NCBI GenBank assembly: GCA_964403505.1
Contig: CAYOFP010000004.1
Location: forward strand, 33,978 to 97,977
DNA from: an uncultured Lachnospiraceae bacterium
GTDB taxonomy: Bacteria > Bacillota > Clostridia > Oscillospirales > CAG-272
Length of the DNA stretch: 64,000 nt
Direction of reading: 5' to 3'
Shown: one piece after another, positions 11,175 through 20,811 of the stretch
How the letters are laid out: the number at the start of each line of letters is the position of its first letter
How positions within the stretch are numbered: position 1 is the stretch's first letter
Notes under the pieces: model-generated
What the model was told of the DNA's origin: nothing
What the model saw: the letters and a program-made list of their open reading frames with translations, nothing else
Database searches by the model: none
Program-made: the position numbers and the translations under genes

Positions 11175-11219
11175 ATGCTATCATACGAAAAAAAATCGCA
11201 GATTATTCTGCGATTTTTC

Positions 11220-12809
11220 TTAGTCTAATAAAAGTATCTTCGGGTTGCCGTCGCTCCATAGCTGATACGGCGAAACAGGCTGATTGAATACCGTCACCGA
11301 GAGGTGAAGCATACCACTGCAGTATCCGATCACATCCCCCTTTGACACCTCTGCGCCGACCGTAAGTGAGGGTGCTGCCTGATCGAGTCTGAAATACCAT
11401 GAGCGCAGACCGTATCCGTGATCGATCACCACGACCGTGCCGAGATCGTCGCTCTGACCTATGTACGAAATAACGCCGGCCGCAGTCGCCTGCGCCTCGT
11501 CTCCGGAGGCAGCATCCGAATAATCGATTCCGGCATGACGGTAACCTCCTGCGACCATTCGTCCGAATCCCTTAAAGGATGAGTGTTTACCCGTCGCATG
11601 GCCGAATGCACCGCTGAAGTAGGCTGTCTGTGTATATTGCGCATCGAGAGAAGCAGATATGGTATCGATCTGTGATTGCAGAGTCGCCTCTCCGAGCTCG
11701 GCAAGAGTCGAGAAGTTTGCGCTCTTATAGTTCACTGCCATCGTGCTCTTTGTTCCGCCCGAGGTAACACTGAAAACAAACTGATTGCTGTCATAATCCT
11801 TATAAATGCTGATCGGTATAAGCGCACGCACCGTACCCGTCTCGGTATCGTTATACCACACGGGCGTATAGCCTATCTCGGGACTTGACGAGAATGTGAT
11901 ATCCGCCGTATCACGAACATTTTTGCCCTCGATCATAATGAGGCTTCCCTCCTGAACGGTGTCAATATCTCCGAGCTTCAGCGAAAATACCGGCGGAGGA
12001 ACGAGTGTCGCCTCAAAAAGATACTCGGCTTTTCCCGCATATACATGATCGACGCTCTCATACCACTCGGCGGTGACTGCGACCTTTACAGGGGTCTCGA
12101 TATCAAGGGTCGAGGGAACGATAAGATCAGCATAATCGCCCTTATAGATCTCTGTGTCATTTTGCGTCACGGTAATATAGAAAAAGTCAGGCTCCACGGA
12201 GAAATGCATACCGATATTCGATGACATTTCATATGTATTTATCGCTTTTGTCGTAGTAAACGCTGTATCATAGCTGACATACTCGCCGCTTACCGTGCGG
12301 AAAGTCCATGTCACAGTCGACGGGACGACAGCCTTGGTATCCGCCACCGAAAGAACTGGCGTTGCGGCGCCGTCATATAAGCATCTTGCGTAAGAAGTGC
12401 ACATAAACGCCTTTGCATCCTCCTCATTCAGCTTATAGACCTTGCCCTCGGAATTTGAATAATATGCATCGGTCGATCCCTGCGCAAAATAATATTTATA
12501 CGGCGCAGAAAGTGAATAGCTATGATAAACAAAGGTAAAGGCAGGAGCCTCTGCAAGCTCCGCAGGTAAAGAATCCACCGCACGTGATTTTTTATTGAGC
12601 GATACGAAAAACTTTAACATATCCTCCGCCGCCGAGCCGTCGGCACGGTCTATTTTAAATATATCTCCCGCAAGGTCGGTGATTTCAAGACCGGATAAAT
12701 TACGGTATTCAAGCGGTGTATGCTTCAGGTATGCATAGTCTGCTATCGCAATAAATGTCGGTATCAAAAGCGCAAGTATTATCAAAAATGTAATTAACTT
12801 CTTTTTCAT
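11220..12809 (-). CDS. membrane-anchored LytM/M23-domain protein (catalytic motifs look degenerate)
   Basis: N-terminal TM helix (LITFLIILALLIPTFIAI) and a C-terminal M23 fold (RHAGIDY ... VVIDHGYGLRSWY ... GMLHLSV). Start moved to the ATG at 12807-12809 (MKKKL...), preceded by GAGG. Confidence 0.7.
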   Translation of the reverse strand: MKKKLITFLIILALLIPTFIAIADYAYLKHTPLEYRNLSGLEITDLAGDIFKIDRADGSAAEDMLKFFVSLNKKSRAVDSLPAELAEAPAFTFVYHSYSLSAPYKYYFAQGSTDAYYSNSEGKVYKLNEEDAKAFMCTSYARCLYDGAATPVLSVADTKAVVPSTVTWTFRTVSGEYVSYDTAFTTTKAINTYEMSSNIGMHFSVEPDFFYITVTQNDTEIYKGDYADLIVPSTLDIETPVKVAVTAEWYESVDHVYAGKAEYLFEATLVPPPVFSLKLGDIDTVQEGSLIMIEGKNVRDTADITFSSSPEIGYTPVWYNDTETGTVRALIPISIYKDYDSNQFVFSVTSGGTKSTMAVNYKSANFSTLAELGEATLQSQIDTISASLDAQYTQTAYFSGAFGHATGKHSSFKGFGRMVAGGYRHAGIDYSDAASGDEAQATAAGVISYIGQSDDLGTVVVIDHGYGLRSWYFRLDQAAPSLTVGAEVSKGDVIGYCSGMLHLSVTVFNQPVSPYQLWSDGNPKILLLD

Positions 12810-12820
12810 TTTATACCTCA

Positions 12821-12860
12821 TGTCACACTTTCGTAGTATATGTCACACTTTTATAGTATA
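12821..12860. repeat. tandem 20-bp direct repeat in the promoter/leader of the LytM-domain gene
   Basis: TGTCACACTTTCGTAGTATA (12821-12840) and TGTCACACTTTTATAGTATA (12841-12860) match at 18 of 20 positions. They begin 12 nt upstream of the ATG at 12809. Confidence 0.8.
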
Positions 12861-12912
12861 TATTATACACTTTTTACCGTGAAAGGTCAAGGGGTTACCA
12901 TCCCGATGTAAG

Positions 12913-12946
12913 AAAAGATGCCGATTTTCAAAAATCGGCATCTTTT
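12913..12946 (-). terminator. intrinsic terminator after ldh
   Basis: AAAAGATGCCGATTTTcaAAAATCGGCATCTTTT. Confidence 0.8.
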
Positions 12947-12952
12947 CTTATA

Positions 12953-13927
12953 TTACTTTTTCAACTCCGCATAAATTTCCGAGAGGTAGTCTGCGCTGTC
13001 ATTCAGCTTGCCTATTTCAGAGCGTGTGAGGGGCAGCTCGATGATGCTCCTGATTCCCGATGAGCCGATGATACACGGCAGACCGAGCGTCACGTTCTCG
13101 AGACCGTATTCGCCGTGCAAGGGTGCGGAAACCGTAAGGATGGAATTCTCATTATTGAGTATCGCACGGCAGATCCTGACCGCCGACATACCGATACCGT
13201 AATAGGTCGCTTTTTTCGCTTTGATTATTTCATACGCCGCATTTTTTACCATATCGGCAATACTGTTTAAATCCTGTTCGGTATACTGCTCATACTGTGA
13301 GCATACGAGCTCTACCGGCTTCGTGCCGACCATCGCCTGACTCCACGGCACGAACTCACTGTCTCCGTGCTCACCGATAACATATGCATGAACGCTTTTC
13401 GGGTCGATGCCGAAATAATCGCCGAGCAGATAACGGAGCCTCGCCGAATCGAGCGTCGTTCCCGTACCTATGACACGGTGCTCGGGCAGACCCGACAGAT
13501 CCTTTGTGATCCGGGTCATGATATCGACCGGATTTGTTGCGACAAGGAAAACACCATCAAAGCCGCTTTCCATAACGGGTTTTACGATCGACTCAAAAAC
13601 TGCACTGTTGCGCTTTAAAAGATCAACACGTGTCTCGCCCGGCTTCTGAGCCACTCCTGCGCATATCACGACGATATCGGCATCATGGCAGTCGGCATAT
13701 GTTCCCGCCGAAATATGCATATTCGACTGTGCGAAGGCAAGTCCGTGATTTAAATCCATTGCCTCGCCCTTTGCACGCTGCTCATCAATATCTACAATGA
13801 TAAACTCATCGCACAGATTCTGATTGAGAGCCGCATAAGCAAAGCTCATACCGACAAAACCTGCACCGACAAGTACAATCTTCTTTGAATTCGTATTCAT
13901 ATTACGCCTCGTAGTATTTTTTTCCAT
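12953..13927 (-). CDS. ldh: L-lactate dehydrogenase
   Basis: Rossmann motif KIVLVGAGFVGMS and catalytic region IGEHGDSEFVPWS. The start is ambiguous: 13927 (MEKNT), 13900 (MNTNSKK), or the track's 13957. Confidence 0.9.
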   Translation of the reverse strand: MEKNTTRRNMNTNSKKIVLVGAGFVGMSFAYAALNQNLCDEFIIVDIDEQRAKGEAMDLNHGLAFAQSNMHISAGTYADCHDADIVVICAGVAQKPGETRVDLLKRNSAVFESIVKPVMESGFDGVFLVATNPVDIMTRITKDLSGLPEHRVIGTGTTLDSARLRYLLGDYFGIDPKSVHAYVIGEHGDSEFVPWSQAMVGTKPVELVCSQYEQYTEQDLNSIADMVKNAAYEIIKAKKATYYGIGMSAVRICRAILNNENSILTVSAPLHGEYGLENVTLGLPCIIGSSGIRSIIELPLTRSEIGKLNDSADYLSEIYAELKK

Positions 13928-14070
13928 AATTATATACCCTCTCGCTTTCAGAGTCAACTGTTTAATTATAGTTTGTGCATATTTTTATAAATTATCAGCA
14001 TAGTATGAAACAAAAAGTTATTGAAAAAGAGATAATAAACTGATATAATTTTATTAAAGAGGAGAAAAAC

Positions 14071-15807
14071 ATGGATTCTAATTCACAAAAACCCCGTCCT
14101 GTGCGTGAAGCTCCGATGAGACAAAACGATCACGAAGAGATACCGCAAACAGACGTAATACCGCCCGAGAGCGAAATAGCGGAAAAAAACGAAATTCCCA
14201 CTCAAATTGAAATAAAAACCGAGGAAAAGACGCCTGATCCGTCCGACACGCCGGCGACGCCCGATGTGCCTGAAACGCCCGGTACGCTCGACACGCCGAA
14301 AAAGAATAAAACAGTCGGTCCGGGAGCGTTATTTCTTTTGCTTTTTATACCGCTGCTCATCATTTTCCTTGTAGGAGCTTCGGTATTTTTAAACGAGCAC
14401 CGAGGAGAAGATTCTCCCGGGTTATTTGCACTCGACAAGGGTGAATCTCACATACTGAAATCATATATCTCAAATGCATCCCGTGAGGTGCGGGGCGTTT
14501 ATATCGCAACGGTATATAATATCAACTTCCCATCAAAAAAAGGGTTATCGTCAAGGCTTCTCAAAAGCGAGCTCGACGGTATTATAGACACCTGCCTTGA
14601 AAACGAACTGAACACGATCTATTTTCAGGCAAGTCCCAATTCGGATGCGTTATACAAATCCGATCTCCTGCCGACCTCGGCAGTGATCACGGGTACGGAA
14701 GGAGCGAGCCTGCCGGGAGGATTTGATCCGCTCGAATATTTATGTGAGACGGCAAAAGAGCATAACATCGCCGTGCATGCCTGGGTCAACCCCATGAGAG
14801 TTACGGGGAAAAACAGCGATTTTAACGACTTAGCTGAGGACAACCCTGCAAAAATCCACCCCGAATGGACGGTGGAATATGACTCACTTACATACTATAA
14901 TCTCGGAATTCCCGAGGTAAGAGCGCTGATTGCCTCGGTCTGCGCCGAGATAGCGAAAAATTACGATGTGGCAGGCGTCATGTTTGACGATTATTTCTAC
15001 CCCTACCCCGTGGACGGGCTCACCTTCGGCGATGAGGAGCAATACAAGCAGTACGGAAGCGGTTATTCTGATATCGGAGACTTCCGCCGTGCCTGCTCGA
15101 CCGAGCTCGTAAAGCAATGTCACGACGCCGTAAAGGAAGCAGATCGTGATTGTGAATTCGGCATTGCGCCCTTCGGCGTATGGAGAAACAACGACGGCAC
15201 AAACGGCGGAAGCGATACGAAAGCTTTTCAAAGTTATGAGTCGCTGTATTGCGACACACTCGCTATGATAGAGGCAGGCACGCTCGATTATGTTGCGCCG
15301 CAGTTATATTGGCAGATATCCTTTGAGAAAGCGCCGTACAACACCCTCTGCGACTGGTGGAACAAGGCAGTCGAGGGCAGTAAAACAAAGCTGATCATTT
15401 CCCACGCCGCATATCAGGCAAACGACTGGCAGTCGCAAACGGAATTCGCCGATCAGATCAACTACGCAAGAGATGAAAAAAATTATGCGGGCAGTATATT
15501 TTACGGCTATGCCGCAATATATGAAAACGACTGCGGAATATCAAGTCAGATCAGATCCTGTTATGAAAACGAAATCGTTTACACCGATTACCATCCCACC
15601 GAAACGCCCGTATCTCTGACCTCCTATACAAGAGACTCGGACACGCTCACATTAGAGGGGACAAGCGATGTGGGATATACGCTGTACGCCGAAAACGAGA
15701 AAGTTCCGCAAAAGCGTGACGGTTCATTCAAGATAAAAATAAAAACGGACAAAACACAGATCGTTTTCACCCAAAACGGAAAAGAATATGTTTTTAAAAC
15801 CGAATAA
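14071..15807 (+). CDS. glycoside-hydrolase-like family 10 (UPF0748/YngK-like) protein with Pro/Thr-rich N-terminal linker and TM anchor
   Basis: 578-aa ORF with a TM segment (ALFLLLFIPLLIIFLVGASVF) followed by a TIM-barrel-like region (RGVYIATVYNINFPS..., HAWVNPMRV). Family recognised from memory. Confidence 0.55.
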   Translation: MDSNSQKPRPVREAPMRQNDHEEIPQTDVIPPESEIAEKNEIPTQIEIKTEEKTPDPSDTPATPDVPETPGTLDTPKKNKTVGPGALFLLLFIPLLIIFLVGASVFLNEHRGEDSPGLFALDKGESHILKSYISNASREVRGVYIATVYNINFPSKKGLSSRLLKSELDGIIDTCLENELNTIYFQASPNSDALYKSDLLPTSAVITGTEGASLPGGFDPLEYLCETAKEHNIAVHAWVNPMRVTGKNSDFNDLAEDNPAKIHPEWTVEYDSLTYYNLGIPEVRALIASVCAEIAKNYDVAGVMFDDYFYPYPVDGLTFGDEEQYKQYGSGYSDIGDFRRACSTELVKQCHDAVKEADRDCEFGIAPFGVWRNNDGTNGGSDTKAFQSYESLYCDTLAMIEAGTLDYVAPQLYWQISFEKAPYNTLCDWWNKAVEGSKTKLIISHAAYQANDWQSQTEFADQINYARDEKNYAGSIFYGYAAIYENDCGISSQIRSCYENEIVYTDYHPTETPVSLTSYTRDSDTLTLEGTSDVGYTLYAENEKVPQKRDGSFKIKIKTDKTQIVFTQNGKEYVFKTE

Positions 15808-15818
15808 GGAGAGAAAAA

Positions 15819-16628
15819 ATGTCATATCTTGAAAATATGATGAATTCACTGATCGAAAAAGCCATCAGCGCAGGCTTATCTCTTATTTATGCGCTGATCA
15901 TACTCATCGTAGGTCTGAAGCTCACGAAGTTTATTATCAAATTGCTCAAAAAAGGCAGATTCTTTGCAAAACTCGACCCAACAGCCGCTTCGTTTATTAT
16001 CAGTCTGCTCAACATCCTTTTGAAAGCGCTCGTTATCATTACCGCATCGGTAGTCCTCGGCATCCCGATGACATCGTTCATCACGATCCTCGCCTCCTGC
16101 GGCGTTGCGATAGGCCTCGCACTTCAGGGTTCGCTCTCAAACTTTGCAGGCGGACTCATGATCCTGATATTCAAGCCGTTTCACGTCGGCGATTACATCG
16201 AATCAAACGGAATCGAGGGGACGGTCAAGGGCATATCGGTGCTGTATACCGTGATCACCACAAACGATAACCGCAATATCACGCTACCCAATGGTACGCT
16301 CTCAAACAATGCCGTCATTAACTACTCGGCAAATGACAAGCGCAGGATATCCTTCAATTTTGGCGCTGCATATTCCACCGATATCGATAAGGTCAAAGAG
16401 GTCTTACTCGAGGTCGCATACGCAAATGAAAATGTCCTCGACGACCCTGCGCCTGCCGCCTTTGTCTATGAGCACAATGATTCAAGCGTCGGTTATCTGC
16501 TCAATGTCTGGTGCAAATGCGAGCATTTCTGGGATGTCAGGCTTTCGATTCCCGAGGCAGTCAAAAAGAGCTTTGATGCAAACGGAATCGAGATCCCGTT
16601 CCCGCAGATCGATGTACATACGAAATAA
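15819..16628 (+). CDS. mechanosensitive ion channel, MscS family
   Basis: 269-aa ORF with three N-terminal TM helices, then GDYIESNGIEGTVKGISVLYTVITTNDNRNITLPNG, typical of the MscS beta domain. Confidence 0.85.
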   Translation: MSYLENMMNSLIEKAISAGLSLIYALIILIVGLKLTKFIIKLLKKGRFFAKLDPTAASFIISLLNILLKALVIITASVVLGIPMTSFITILASCGVAIGLALQGSLSNFAGGLMILIFKPFHVGDYIESNGIEGTVKGISVLYTVITTNDNRNITLPNGTLSNNAVINYSANDKRRISFNFGAAYSTDIDKVKEVLLEVAYANENVLDDPAPAAFVYEHNDSSVGYLLNVWCKCEHFWDVRLSIPEAVKKSFDANGIEIPFPQIDVHTK

Positions 16629-16659
16629 AAAATGCGCTGATTTTAGTCAGCGCATTTTT
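16627..16659. terminator. bidirectional intrinsic terminator
   Basis: AAAAAATGCGCTGAttttagTCAGCGCATTTTT lies between the convergent mscS-like and PPTase genes. Confidence 0.8.
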
Positions 16660-16680
16660 ATATTACATTATGCAAATTAT

Positions 16681-17190
16681 TTATTGCATTTTCTCGGGAG
16701 AAACAAAGATACAGCTTTTCGGGAAGGTATCCTCTCTGGTAGAGACACAGACGTAGTATTTCGTATAATCATGCTCAAGCTGATATTCCTTCTGAAAAAG
16801 CGGCTCGGTCTTTTCTTGATAGAAAAATCCCTCTCCCGTCAGCTTGCCGTAGCTTTCGCGGCGCACCCATTCTCTGATAAGCGTTTTTTTATCATCGGTG
16901 TCTATGCCGAGATAGCGCACCCCGATATGACGGCCGATCTCTCTTATGGGTTCGATATCCACGCCGATCTCCTTCTCCGACACGGCGACTACTACCACAC
17001 CTCCCGAATGGGAGATCGAAAAGTACAGGGGCAGGTTCGTAAAATACGGCTTTCCCTGCTCTTTCCGTGCGATCTCTGCACACTCGGGCGAAAAGCCGTA
17101 ATACTCATGCAAAACAAAGCCGAGCAGGACTCTCCCTGCACGGCTTTGCTCTTTATGACTCTGATATGTCGAATAGAAAACAGATATCAT
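16681..17190 (-). CDS. 4'-phosphopantetheinyl transferase (Sfp-type)
   Basis: GKPYF...FSISHSGGVVVVAVSEKEIGVDIE and WVRRESYGKLTGEG motifs are present. The start overlaps the rnfB stop by 4 nt. Confidence 0.75.
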   Translation of the reverse strand: MISVFYSTYQSHKEQSRAGRVLLGFVLHEYYGFSPECAEIARKEQGKPYFTNLPLYFSISHSGGVVVVAVSEKEIGVDIEPIREIGRHIGVRYLGIDTDDKKTLIREWVRRESYGKLTGEGFFYQEKTEPLFQKEYQLEHDYTKYYVCVSTREDTFPKSCIFVSPEKMQ

Positions 17191-18056
17191 TTTACGTTTA
17201 CTGTCTCTTCTTCCGTCTTATCGTCTTTCAGTTCAGTTTTTGATATCGTCTTGACATCTTTCTGCCGCTCGGACGTCCAGATGATCTTCCTCGGACAGGC
17301 TTCGGCACACTTACCGCACGCAACGCACTTTGCGTAATCGATCGATGCGACAAAATCGTTCACATGGATCGCATCGTACTCGCATTTCTTTTCGCACATC
17401 TTACAGGATATGCATCCGACATCGCAATACGAGCGTGTGACCTTACCGTTATCGACAGACATACATCCGACCCAGTATTTTGCATCATACGGAATCATAC
17501 GGATAATATGCTTCGGGCAGGCAGTTGCACATCTGCCGCAACCCGTACATTTATGATAGTCGACGTATGCCACACCGTCCTTAACGCTGATCGCACCGAA
17601 CGGACAGATGGAAACGCACGTTCCGAGACCGAGACACCCGTTCGGGCAGGCCTTCGACCCTCCGTCCAGTTTAGAGAGAGAGATACAGTCGTGCGCTCCC
17701 TCATAAACATATTTATGCTTGGCGCATTCGCTCGTGCCGCTACACATTACCTGTGCACGCAGACGAACCGATTCGCCGGCTTTTTCGCCCATGATTTCGG
17801 CTATCTTATCGGCGCTGTCCTTGCCGCCGACGGCGCAGGCGTTGATCTTCGCCTCGCCTTTTGCAATCGCCTCTGCAAGCGCCTCACAGCCTGCATATCC
17901 GCATCCGCCGCAGTTTGCACCGGGCAGTGCATCCTTTATCAGCGGCACTCGTTCGTCTACCTCAACTGCAAAGACCCTTGAAGCAATAGCGAGAAGAAAC
18001 CCGAGCACACCGCCGAGAATAGCGAACCACATAAGAGCCATCAAAATATTATGCAT
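17187..18056 (-). CDS. rnfB: Rnf complex subunit B (polyferredoxin)
   Basis: 289-aa ORF with an N-terminal TM helix, a CGGCGYAGC cluster and several CxxCxxCxxxCP 4Fe-4S motifs. Last gene of rnfCDGEAB. Confidence 0.9.
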   Translation of the reverse strand: MHNILMALMWFAILGGVLGFLLAIASRVFAVEVDERVPLIKDALPGANCGGCGYAGCEALAEAIAKGEAKINACAVGGKDSADKIAEIMGEKAGESVRLRAQVMCSGTSECAKHKYVYEGAHDCISLSKLDGGSKACPNGCLGLGTCVSICPFGAISVKDGVAYVDYHKCTGCGRCATACPKHIIRMIPYDAKYWVGCMSVDNGKVTRSYCDVGCISCKMCEKKCEYDAIHVNDFVASIDYAKCVACGKCAEACPRKIIWTSERQKDVKTISKTELKDDKTEEETVNVK

Positions 18057-18070
18057 AACGCGACACCTCC

Positions 18071-18652
18071 TTAAAAGCTTGCGCCGGAAAATCCGGAGAA
18101 TGCAAGCGCTAAAAGTCCTGCCGAAATAAGCACGATCGGCATACCCCGAAATGCCTTCGGCGTGTCGGCGAGACGCAGTCTCTCACGCACGCCGGCAAAT
18201 ATGACAATGGCAAGAGTAAATCCAAGAGCAGCAGAGAAGCCGAATACAACGCTCTCGATAAAATTATAACCGTTCTGAATATTGAGAAGAGCCGCACCGA
18301 GCACTGCGCAGTTTGTCGTAATAAGCGGCAGATAAATACCGAGCGCATTGTAAAGAGCCGGAACGAATTTCTTCATAAACATCTCAATAAACTGCACAAG
18401 AGAAGCGATAACGAGAATAAACGCTATCGTCTCAAGATACTCGAGATGGGATGGAACGAGTATTAAATAGTAGACAGCATATGTAACAGCGCTCGACAGC
18501 GTCATAACGAACATGACGGCAAATCCCATGCCGAGTGCGGTCGAGGGTTTCTCGGAAACGCCGAGGAAAGGGCAACAGCCGTAAAAACGGTAGAAAATGA
18601 AATTCTCAATCAGTACTGCCGTGAACATGATAAGAAAAAGTTCTTTTATCAT
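18071..18652 (-). CDS. rnfA: Rnf complex subunit A
   Basis: 193-aa polytopic NqrE/RnfA-like protein in the canonical operon position. Confidence 0.9.
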   Translation of the reverse strand: MIKELFLIMFTAVLIENFIFYRFYGCCPFLGVSEKPSTALGMGFAVMFVMTLSSAVTYAVYYLILVPSHLEYLETIAFILVIASLVQFIEMFMKKFVPALYNALGIYLPLITTNCAVLGAALLNIQNGYNFIESVVFGFSAALGFTLAIVIFAGVRERLRLADTPKAFRGMPIVLISAGLLALAFSGFSGASF

Positions 18653-19287
18653 TTTTCATTCCCTCCTGCCTTTTCGGATTTTTTATCAAGGATATAGTGC
18701 ACTCCGGCAATCAGACAGCCGAGGGTGATAAATGCACCTCCACTCGACACAAAGAACAGCACCGGATAGTCGTGCAGTCCCGGAATGGTGATCATAAAGG
18801 ACGTTCCGGAGAACAGCGTTCCCGCACCGAAAAGCTCTCTTATCGCACCGAGTATAACAAGCGCAAAAGTAAAGCCGATACCCATCGCAAAGCCGTCTAC
18901 GACCGACGGGAGCGGTGTATTTTTAGAGGCAAATGCCTCCGCACGGGCGAGGATGATACAGTTTACGACAATAAGCGGTATGAAAAGGCCGAGCGTCTTT
19001 GAAAGCTCAAAGAAATATGCCTTCATGAGCATATCGACCGCTGTGACAAAGCCGGAAATAATGACGATAAAGCAAGCGATACGTACCTGATCGGGTATAA
19101 ACTTACGCAGAAGCGATATCATCAGATTTGAGCACATGAGCACCGCAGTGACTGCAAGTCCCATGCCGACTGAGTTTACGACCGTCGTCGTGACCGCTAA
19201 GGTCGAGCACAGTCCGAGCAACTGAACGAAGATCGGATTTTTATATAAAAGTCCGTCCTTAATTATAGAGAGATAATTCGTTTTCAT
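18649..19287 (-). CDS. rnfE: Rnf complex subunit E
   Basis: 212-aa polytopic NqrD/RnfE-like protein. It overlaps both neighbours by 4 nt. Confidence 0.9.
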   Translation of the reverse strand: MKTNYLSIIKDGLLYKNPIFVQLLGLCSTLAVTTTVVNSVGMGLAVTAVLMCSNLMISLLRKFIPDQVRIACFIVIISGFVTAVDMLMKAYFFELSKTLGLFIPLIVVNCIILARAEAFASKNTPLPSVVDGFAMGIGFTFALVILGAIRELFGAGTLFSGTSFMITIPGLHDYPVLFFVSSGGAFITLGCLIAGVHYILDKKSEKAGGNEK

Positions 19288-19835
19288 TTGTTACCCCCTA
19301 TCACGGCAAACGCCTCGATCGCATAATTCACGCCGTTCATGATTGCCTTTGACGACACGGTCGAGCCGGAAATCACATCGATATCCGAAATTCCCATAAC
19401 CTCGCTCTTTCCGTTATACTGCGAAAGGTATTCGCTGTCGTTTGCACGGCTGCCGAGACCTGCGGTCTCTGCGATCTCAACGATACCGATGCCCTTCACC
19501 GTACCGTCGGCATTCATGCCGACCATCATTTTGATATTTCCGCCGTAGCCCGATGTATTGACCTCGATGCAGTATCCGGCGCTCTCACCGTTCATCGTAA
19601 CGGCGAGTACCTTGCCGACATTAGAAGAGAAATCGCCCGAGAGCTCCTCGGTACTGATCTCCCCTTCGCCATAGATCGAGCCGATGGCGGCATTTTGCTC
19701 GGCGAGCTGATTTTCAGCTATCTTATCTTTTGTTATCATATCGACTGCTGCAAGCATAGCGGCGACGAGCGCAGTTATGACAAGCAGAGTCACTCCGATT
19801 TTTATAAAATATGAGGCACCCATTTTATTTTGCAT
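19284..19835 (-). CDS. rnfG: Rnf complex subunit G (FMN-binding)
   Basis: 183-aa ORF with an N-terminal anchor and an FMN-attachment-like ISGSTVSS motif. Confidence 0.85.
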   Translation of the reverse strand: MQNKMGASYFIKIGVTLLVITALVAAMLAAVDMITKDKIAENQLAEQNAAIGSIYGEGEISTEELSGDFSSNVGKVLAVTMNGESAGYCIEVNTSGYGGNIKMMVGMNADGTVKGIGIVEIAETAGLGSRANDSEYLSQYNGKSEVMGISDIDVISGSTVSSKAIMNGVNYAIEAFAVIGGNK

Positions 19836-20811
19836 TTGTCTTGCCTCCGAACTTTACAGGTTTCGTAAATTTATCGATATACCACACGAGCAGATTCATG
19901 ATAAGGATCGAATAGGATACTCCCTCTGCGCCCGAACAGAAATAACGGATGAAGACGGTGATAAGACCGCATCCGACGCCGTATATGAGCTGACCGTTCT
20001 TTGTGACGGGGCTCGTGGCATAGTCATTTGCCATATAAAGTGCGCCGAGGAAAAGTCCGCCCGAGAAGAGCTCGCTCCACATGAATGTAACACCTGCCGC
20101 ATTTTTCGCAAACACAAGCGTGAGAAGCGCAACCGTCGCAATATATGCAACGGGGATATGCCAGGTCGTTACCTTTCTTATCATCAGATAAATAAATCCG
20201 ATGAGCAGAAGCAGTGCCGATACCTCGCCGAGCGTACCGGGCATATTACCGATAAACATATCGAAAACGCTCTGTTGCGGCAATTCGCCGCCCTTAAGCG
20301 CCGCAAGCGGCGTCGCCTCTGCTACCACGTCGTCCGCATTTACAAAAAGCGAATTGAACCGGGAGAGGACAGGCGCTGTAAAGACCGTCATCGCATTCGG
20401 CCACGAGAACATGAAAACACGTGCGGCAAGCGCCGGATTCACGATATTCTTTCCGATACCGCCGAACAGCTGCTTTACGATAACGATCGCAAAGAACGCG
20501 CCCAATATCGGCATCCAGAGCGGAATCGTCACCGGCAGATTGAATGCGAGGAGCACGCCCGTGACTGCAGCCGACAGATCCGACACGGTGACAGGCTTTT
20601 TCATCAGCTTCTGATATAAAAATTCAAATCCCACACAGCTCGCAACGCAAACGAGCGTTACATAAAGCGAACGCATACCGAATATGTAACACGCCCAGAT
20701 GAGCGCAGGCGTCAGCGCAATGAGCACATCGCCCATAATACCCGTCGTCGACAGCGGTCCGTGCATATGGGGGGAGGAGGATACGGTCAGCAGGTTATTA
20801 TCTTCTTTCAT
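19825..20811 (-). CDS. rnfD: Rnf complex subunit D
   Basis: 328-aa polytopic NqrB/RnfD-like protein. Confidence 0.9.
   Translation of the reverse strand: MKEDNNLLTVSSSPHMHGPLSTTGIMGDVLIALTPALIWACYIFGMRSLYVTLVCVASCVGFEFLYQKLMKKPVTVSDLSAAVTGVLLAFNLPVTIPLWMPILGAFFAIVIVKQLFGGIGKNIVNPALAARVFMFSWPNAMTVFTAPVLSRFNSLFVNADDVVAEATPLAALKGGELPQQSVFDMFIGNMPGTLGEVSALLLLIGFIYLMIRKVTTWHIPVAYIATVALLTLVFAKNAAGVTFMWSELFSGGLFLGALYMANDYATSPVTKNGQLIYGVGCGLITVFIRYFCSGAEGVSYSILIMNLLVWYIDKFTKPVKFGGKTNAK

Noticed and set aside
13958-14070. Rex-type redox operator upstream of ldh
   Set aside because: Only a half-site-like TTTGTGC is present. The second half (..CACAA) is missing at the proper spacing.
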